From assembly GCA_964519305.1 (NCBI GenBank), contig CAZFHY010000001.1, positions 218,132 to 282,131 on the forward strand: a stretch of 64,000 nucleotides of DNA. The letters are read 5' to 3'. The number at the start of each line of letters is the position of its first letter. Within the stretch, counting starts at the first letter, position 1. This document shows positions 24,601 through 30,600 of this stretch, one piece after another. The translations under genes and the position numbers were made by a program. Origin of the DNA: Candidatus Undinarchaeota archaeon (GTDB taxonomy: Archaea; SpSt-1190; JASMDC01). A model generated the notes under the pieces. It was not told where the DNA came from. It saw nothing but the letters and a program-made list of their open reading frames with translations, and did not search any database.

Positions 24601-27600
24601 ACGGATTCACCCTTTCCTCGCAGGAGGCCACCGTAGAGCTCGATGGCAAGGCCAGTGGGACCGTGCACTCGGACATCACAAAGGTCGGGCTCGATTACGG
24701 TAAGGACGGTACGGATAATGTTTGGACCACGTCCACCCTTAGCGGTACCTATGCCGTGTATGGGGACGCTGACTACAGCTCACTCCACGTTCATGCCTAC
24801 ATCACCGGTAATGTCGAGGTGCTCGAGCGCGAGAAGAGCATCACATCCGACGCGGTCATGAACATAGCCCGTATCGCCTCCGGTGGTTCGGGGAGCGTAC
24901 ATGATGATCTCGACACTGCCAAGGTAATCGTATGCACGGCCCCCGACGGGAGCGTGCTCTCCACCCGCGATGTCGCGGGATCACAGTACGACGCCGGGAC
25001 CGCTCACCAGTACTTCGAGGTGACCCAGGCCACCGCCTACGCGCTGGTCTCCTCGAGCACGACATCGTGCACATCAGCCGATCTGCGAGCAGGGATCAAG
25101 CTCACAGGTCTGGCGGGCGGGCAGGCCCTGGTGTTCTCGCCAGCCGTCAAGGGGTCGGGCGACCTCCCTGACGACGAACCGACCGTCAGGCTGTTCCTTG
25201 ACGATCCAGGTACGGGCGCCTGCGGTACGGGTCAGGTGTACGTCTCGTCCGACACAGACACCAACAGTTCGAAATCCGACGCCGACTACGACGTATACGG
25301 ACAGAACGGGATAACCTATTACCTCGTGTTCTGCAACGGCACCAACAGAATCCTCGAGAGGTCCACGAGCGCGCTAGGTTCAGCAGATATCGACGTGGGC
25401 AGGCTCCAGGGCGAGGTGCACGTTGACCTGCGTAACGGTGGGAACGACGTCATCGAGGTCCACTCGGCCAACACATGCGCTAGCGCAGTGAGCACCGAGA
25501 CGGTCAATCCGGCAGCCGGTACTCCGGACTATATCATCTGGTTCGAGGACTCCGGCAGCACTCTCTATATCAAGACCTCTGTGGACGCGGATACATATGT
25601 CCAGTGCGGCCATGCATTCACCACCACGTCACAGGCAAAGGTCCAGGACCTTGAGACACGTCTAGCCGGTACGGTCCATGCAGATGTCAAGCGCATGGGG
25701 CTAGACTATGATAGCAACGGCGACGACACTTGGACGACCACCATTCCCTCCTCGCAGTACCGCCTCTATGGCGACAAGACCGATGCTTCCATCCTCGCCC
25801 ACGCCTATGAGAACACCGGTGGGACGACCGAGTTGCTCGAGCGTACCAAGGCACTGAACGCAGGCGATATCGTCCTAGATATATCCCGTATCACCGGAGC
25901 CGTACACACTGATCTTGGAGGGGCTCAGGACAAGGTCCGCGTCTATTCAGACGGCGACTGCACTCAGGAGCTGTCCTCGGGCACGTCGTCCTACCATTAC
26001 TCGAGCGGCACCTATCGTACGTTCTTCGAGCACACGACCACCTCCGGCTATTACTCTCTGGACGCCCAGGACGCCGACACGGGGAACGTCACTCGCGGCC
26101 TACGGGTCGCTGCATCCTCGGTCCCCGCCTCGAACGTGGACCTCAACATCAAGCTCTCTGGTGTCGTGCCCGATGCTGTCCGCACCGTTGCCGTCGACCT
26201 CGCCGGTGACGGCGTAACCGCGTCCGGTGGCGATCCGTGGGCAGTGCTGGTCAAGGGCGCCTACCGCCTCTACGGCCCCGCCGACGCTACGACCCAAGTG
26301 AGGATGTGGGCCGAGTCGAGCCCCCAGTCCACCGCGCCGCTGCTCCAGCGCGCCCGGAAGCTCTCATCCGACGCCGTCCTGAACGTCACGACCATCACCG
26401 GTAACGTCCACAGCGAGCTCAAGAACAACACTGACGTGGTCAAGGTGCACGCATCATCCGCTTACGACAGCGAGCTCACCAACGGGACCGGCTCCTACCA
26501 TGTGTCGGGCAGCACCTACACGGTATACCTCGAGGACGTCCACGCCAGCGGCTACTACTACCTCGATGTCCTCGATGCCAACAGCAACAACAGAACCCGC
26601 GGTATCCGCGTGGCGGTCGACGGCACCACCGATGGCGCCGAGGCTACAGGGATCGACCTGGATGTGCGCCTGGCCGGTGTCGTCCCCGCTGCCTTCCCCT
26701 CGGTGGCCCTCGACCTCGCCAAGGACGGCTTCACCCAAACATCCGGTGATCCCTGGACTCCCGATGCCAAGAGCTCGTACATGATCTTCTTCGGCGGGGA
26801 CACCGATGCGTACGTCCAGCTCTACACGACAGCAACGCCGCCCGGAGGGACACCCCCCCGGCTAACTCGCTCCATCGCTAAGGACACTATCTTCAACGTC
26901 ACTGCCGTCACCGGTACGCTCCACGCTGATCTGGTGTCCTCCGCATCCGACGAGACCCTGGCCGTGTACGGTGGCAGCGACTACGAGCACCGGCTGTCGG
27001 CCGGCAAGGACACCGTCCAGATGACCGGTAGCAATTACAAGGTGTACTTTGACGACGTCCACGCCAGTGGTCAGTATTATCTACAAGTGAACGACAGCAA
27101 GGGCAACGTCACCCGAGGCAGCCGGTTCGTTCCCGACGGCGCGCTGGACGGGCTCGAGAAGACCGGGCTCGACATAACCGCAAAGTTGTTCGGTGTCGTG
27201 CCGCCTGATGTCAAGACCGTGTCTGTCGACATGGCTGGAGACGGGACCGGCCCCGGCGATGCGTATGTGAACATCTCCGATACGACCGCCCCCATGACCT
27301 ACGCTGTCTACCTGCCCGGGACAGCCTGGAGCGTGGTGCACGCACACACCGGCAGCCATACCTCCGCACCCGTGCTGAACCGTACCCGCGCGCTACCTGC
27401 CAACAGCAACGCTGAGCTCAACGTCACGCGGATCACCGGGAAGATGCACGCGGACCTCATCCACGACAATGACACGATCACGGCATGGGGCGACGCTAAC
27501 TACACGGTGGAGTACACCAATGGAACGACCTCGTACGTGCCCGTGAACGGGACAGCGCCCACCTACACAACCTATATCGAGGACGTCCTGGCAAGTGGCT

Positions 27601-30600
27601 ACTACTATCTCCAGGTATATGAGGGAGCTACTAAGGACGCGACGAAGGGTCTGCGCGTGGTCCCCGATGGAGTTGTAGATGGTATCGAGAAGGAGAACTT
27701 CGACATAACCGTTCGAATAAAGGGTACCGTGCCCGACGACGTCACCCTCATCGAGACGAACACGTCCTCCTCGTCAGGCGATCCCTACGTGGCGAACGTG
27801 TCACGCTCCTACCACGCCTATATCCCTGCATCCCAGGACAATTCGACGATCTTCTTCATCAACAGCTCCAAGCTGAAGGAGGGAAAGGCGCTCGCCATTA
27901 TCCACAACACCACGAAGGTACTCGACCGCGACCAGTCTGTGAGCCTGGCCCTCATCCATGGCGAGGCGCACCCGCTCCTCGAGACCGGGAACACCAAGGC
28001 GTTCCTCTCGCTCAAGTCGGACTGCTCTGAGCGTCTCAGCACATCGAAAGAGACGACCATCTCGGACCGCTCGACCCGGTCGGACGTGGAGTTGTTCTAC
28101 GAGTTCGAGGCGACTCCTGTGTATGTGTGCATCAACGCCCCGGTCACCGGCGGGAGCCTCTCAATCATCCGCCGGGCGAATATCACCGAGGGCGAGATCA
28201 TGTGGCAGAACTTCGATGTGTTCGTGAACGGCACAGTGCTTGACGAGACCGTCAACGGCACCGTGCTAGCGGGACTTGACCTCGCGGCTTCATGGGATAA
28301 GGACACGGCGGATGCCTTGTCCTGGGAGACCAAGGTCAACCTCATCGGAACCACATTCCGCACGTTCCTCGATGGCAACGATACCGAGCACCGAGTGAAG
28401 GTTCTCCGCGCCGACGGCCGCCCGCGCATCCTGCTAAGGAGCGGGGCAGCTCAGAGCATCGAGGTGGTCGAGAACACGACATCGTTTACGAGCACACGCC
28501 TTGCCACCGATGAACCGAGCCTCAACTGGACCAAGCGCTTCCACATGTCCAACCACGGGAGCGCAGGTGTCTCCATGAACCTCACCTACGCCCCCGACCA
28601 GACCTCCAAGGACACGGCTGCGGTTTCGCTGGGGGCCCGGACGATGTCGACCCTCCAATACAATTACACAACTCCCACCCCGCGCATCGACTCAACCGCG
28701 CTAAAGATCACGCGCAAGGCCGACGGGTCCGGCGAGCACTGGGAACAGACCCACGATCTGGTGTTCCTCAATTCCCAGGAGTTCACGACCAAGCACCTGA
28801 CGGGCATCATCATGCAGGTGTGGAACGACCACCGGACCAGCTACATCGACGACGCGTGGGAGCGCAATACAACGGCCACGTCGGGTGAAACATCGATCAA
28901 GGATAACACGCTCTATGCGCTACGGATGGTACCTCACGAGTACAAGGACGAGTACGCCTACGTCGAGTGGAATGTGCCGGTCATAAGGGAGTACCCGTCC
29001 ATGCGCTATCGGGTCAAGGGATACGCCCCCTATCCTGGTTCCGTCGGTGTCGGCAGCGGCGGCAGCAGTTCGTCCACGGGCGGTGCGACTTCCAGCGGCG
29101 GTACGACCACCAGCAGCGGTGGTGGGGCCACTGGCGGTTATGTCATGGACGCCACCTTCGACATCACGTGTAACGGAGGTTCAGTCCTTTCAGCGACATC
29201 GGGCAGTTCGGCCAAACTCACGTGCAACTTCACCGAGCTGGAAGGCTCCGTAGAGGCCCTTGACGTCAGTGTGAGCGTATCAGGGACGAGTATTCGCCCC
29301 GATCCGCAGACATTCTTGCTCCCGGCCCTGGCCCACTGGATCTACAAGGACGAAGCGCAGACGCTCAAGGACCACGTCGAGTACTCACGGCTCAAGGACA
29401 TCATAATGACCACAGATATCGTGTGCGCTACAACGGACGTCAATATACAGGTCCGGGGTGTGTTCGAACGTGAGGACGAGAAGAGCTTCGTGAACGAAAC
29501 CACCGTCACCATCCGCCTCCTGCGCGACGACGAGGCCTGCCCAATCTGCGGCGACAAGCTTTGCGAGGGCGGAGAGACCAGCGCCACATGTCCCGGGGAT
29601 TGCCCGCTCGATCTCAGCGGCTGCGGGGACAACAACTGCGCGGGTGACGAGGACGCCGATAACTGCCCCGGCGATTGCACGAAGTGCGGTGACGGCAAGT
29701 GCACCGGTAATGAGACCAGCGCGACCTGCTGCACCGACTGCGCCTGCGCGGCCGGCACCTCCTGCGATCCGGCCCAGCTCCTGTGCCTCCCCGACACCGT
29801 GTGCGGTGACAACAAGTGCGAGGAGGGTGAGGACCTAGCAGGATGTCCCGAGGACTGCTCGGTATGCGGTGACAAACAGTGTACAGGTGACGAGACAACG
29901 GCCACCTGCTGTGCCGACTGCGGATGCCCCGACGGCTTCGCCTGCGACCTCATCTGCCTGCCCGTTTCCATCTGCGGTGATGGTACTTGTGACATAGACG
30001 AGACGACGGCCACTTGCGAGAAGGACTGTGCCGTTTGCGGCGATGGTGAGTGCTCCGGAGACGAGAACCAGACATCATGCTGTGCCGACTGCGGGTGCCC
30101 TGATGATGGTGTGTGCAACCGCGTGCTCTCCATTTGCCAGATCTCGACCTGCGGCGACAACAAATGCGAAGGCGGCGAGGTACTCACCTGCCCATCGGAC
30201 TGCGCCACCTGCGGCGACGGTACCTGCGCTCCGGACGAGACCTGTTGTTCCGACTGCGGCTGCTTCGGTGAGGAGGAGTGCGACACGATCACCCAGCAGT
30301 GCGTTGTTGTGGGAAAGGAGGTCAGCCGCTCCTTCGATTATCAGGATGAGAAAGAAGAGGAAGTGGGTACCGGGACAGGTACTGGCGATGTTTCCGGCTC
30401 GGGGACCGGCACGGCTACTGGCACGGGCGATGTGTCCGGCACAGGCTCCGGGACCGGTGCGGAACCGTCCGCAGCCACCAAGCGCAAGGAGGAACGCAAG
30501 CGCACGGTCTCGAGTATTGCCGCGCTGGTCACCAAGTCGAGGATGGCCACATCTGGTACATCCGGTGGTACTTCCTCCAGCTCGGTCGTTGCGGCAAAGC

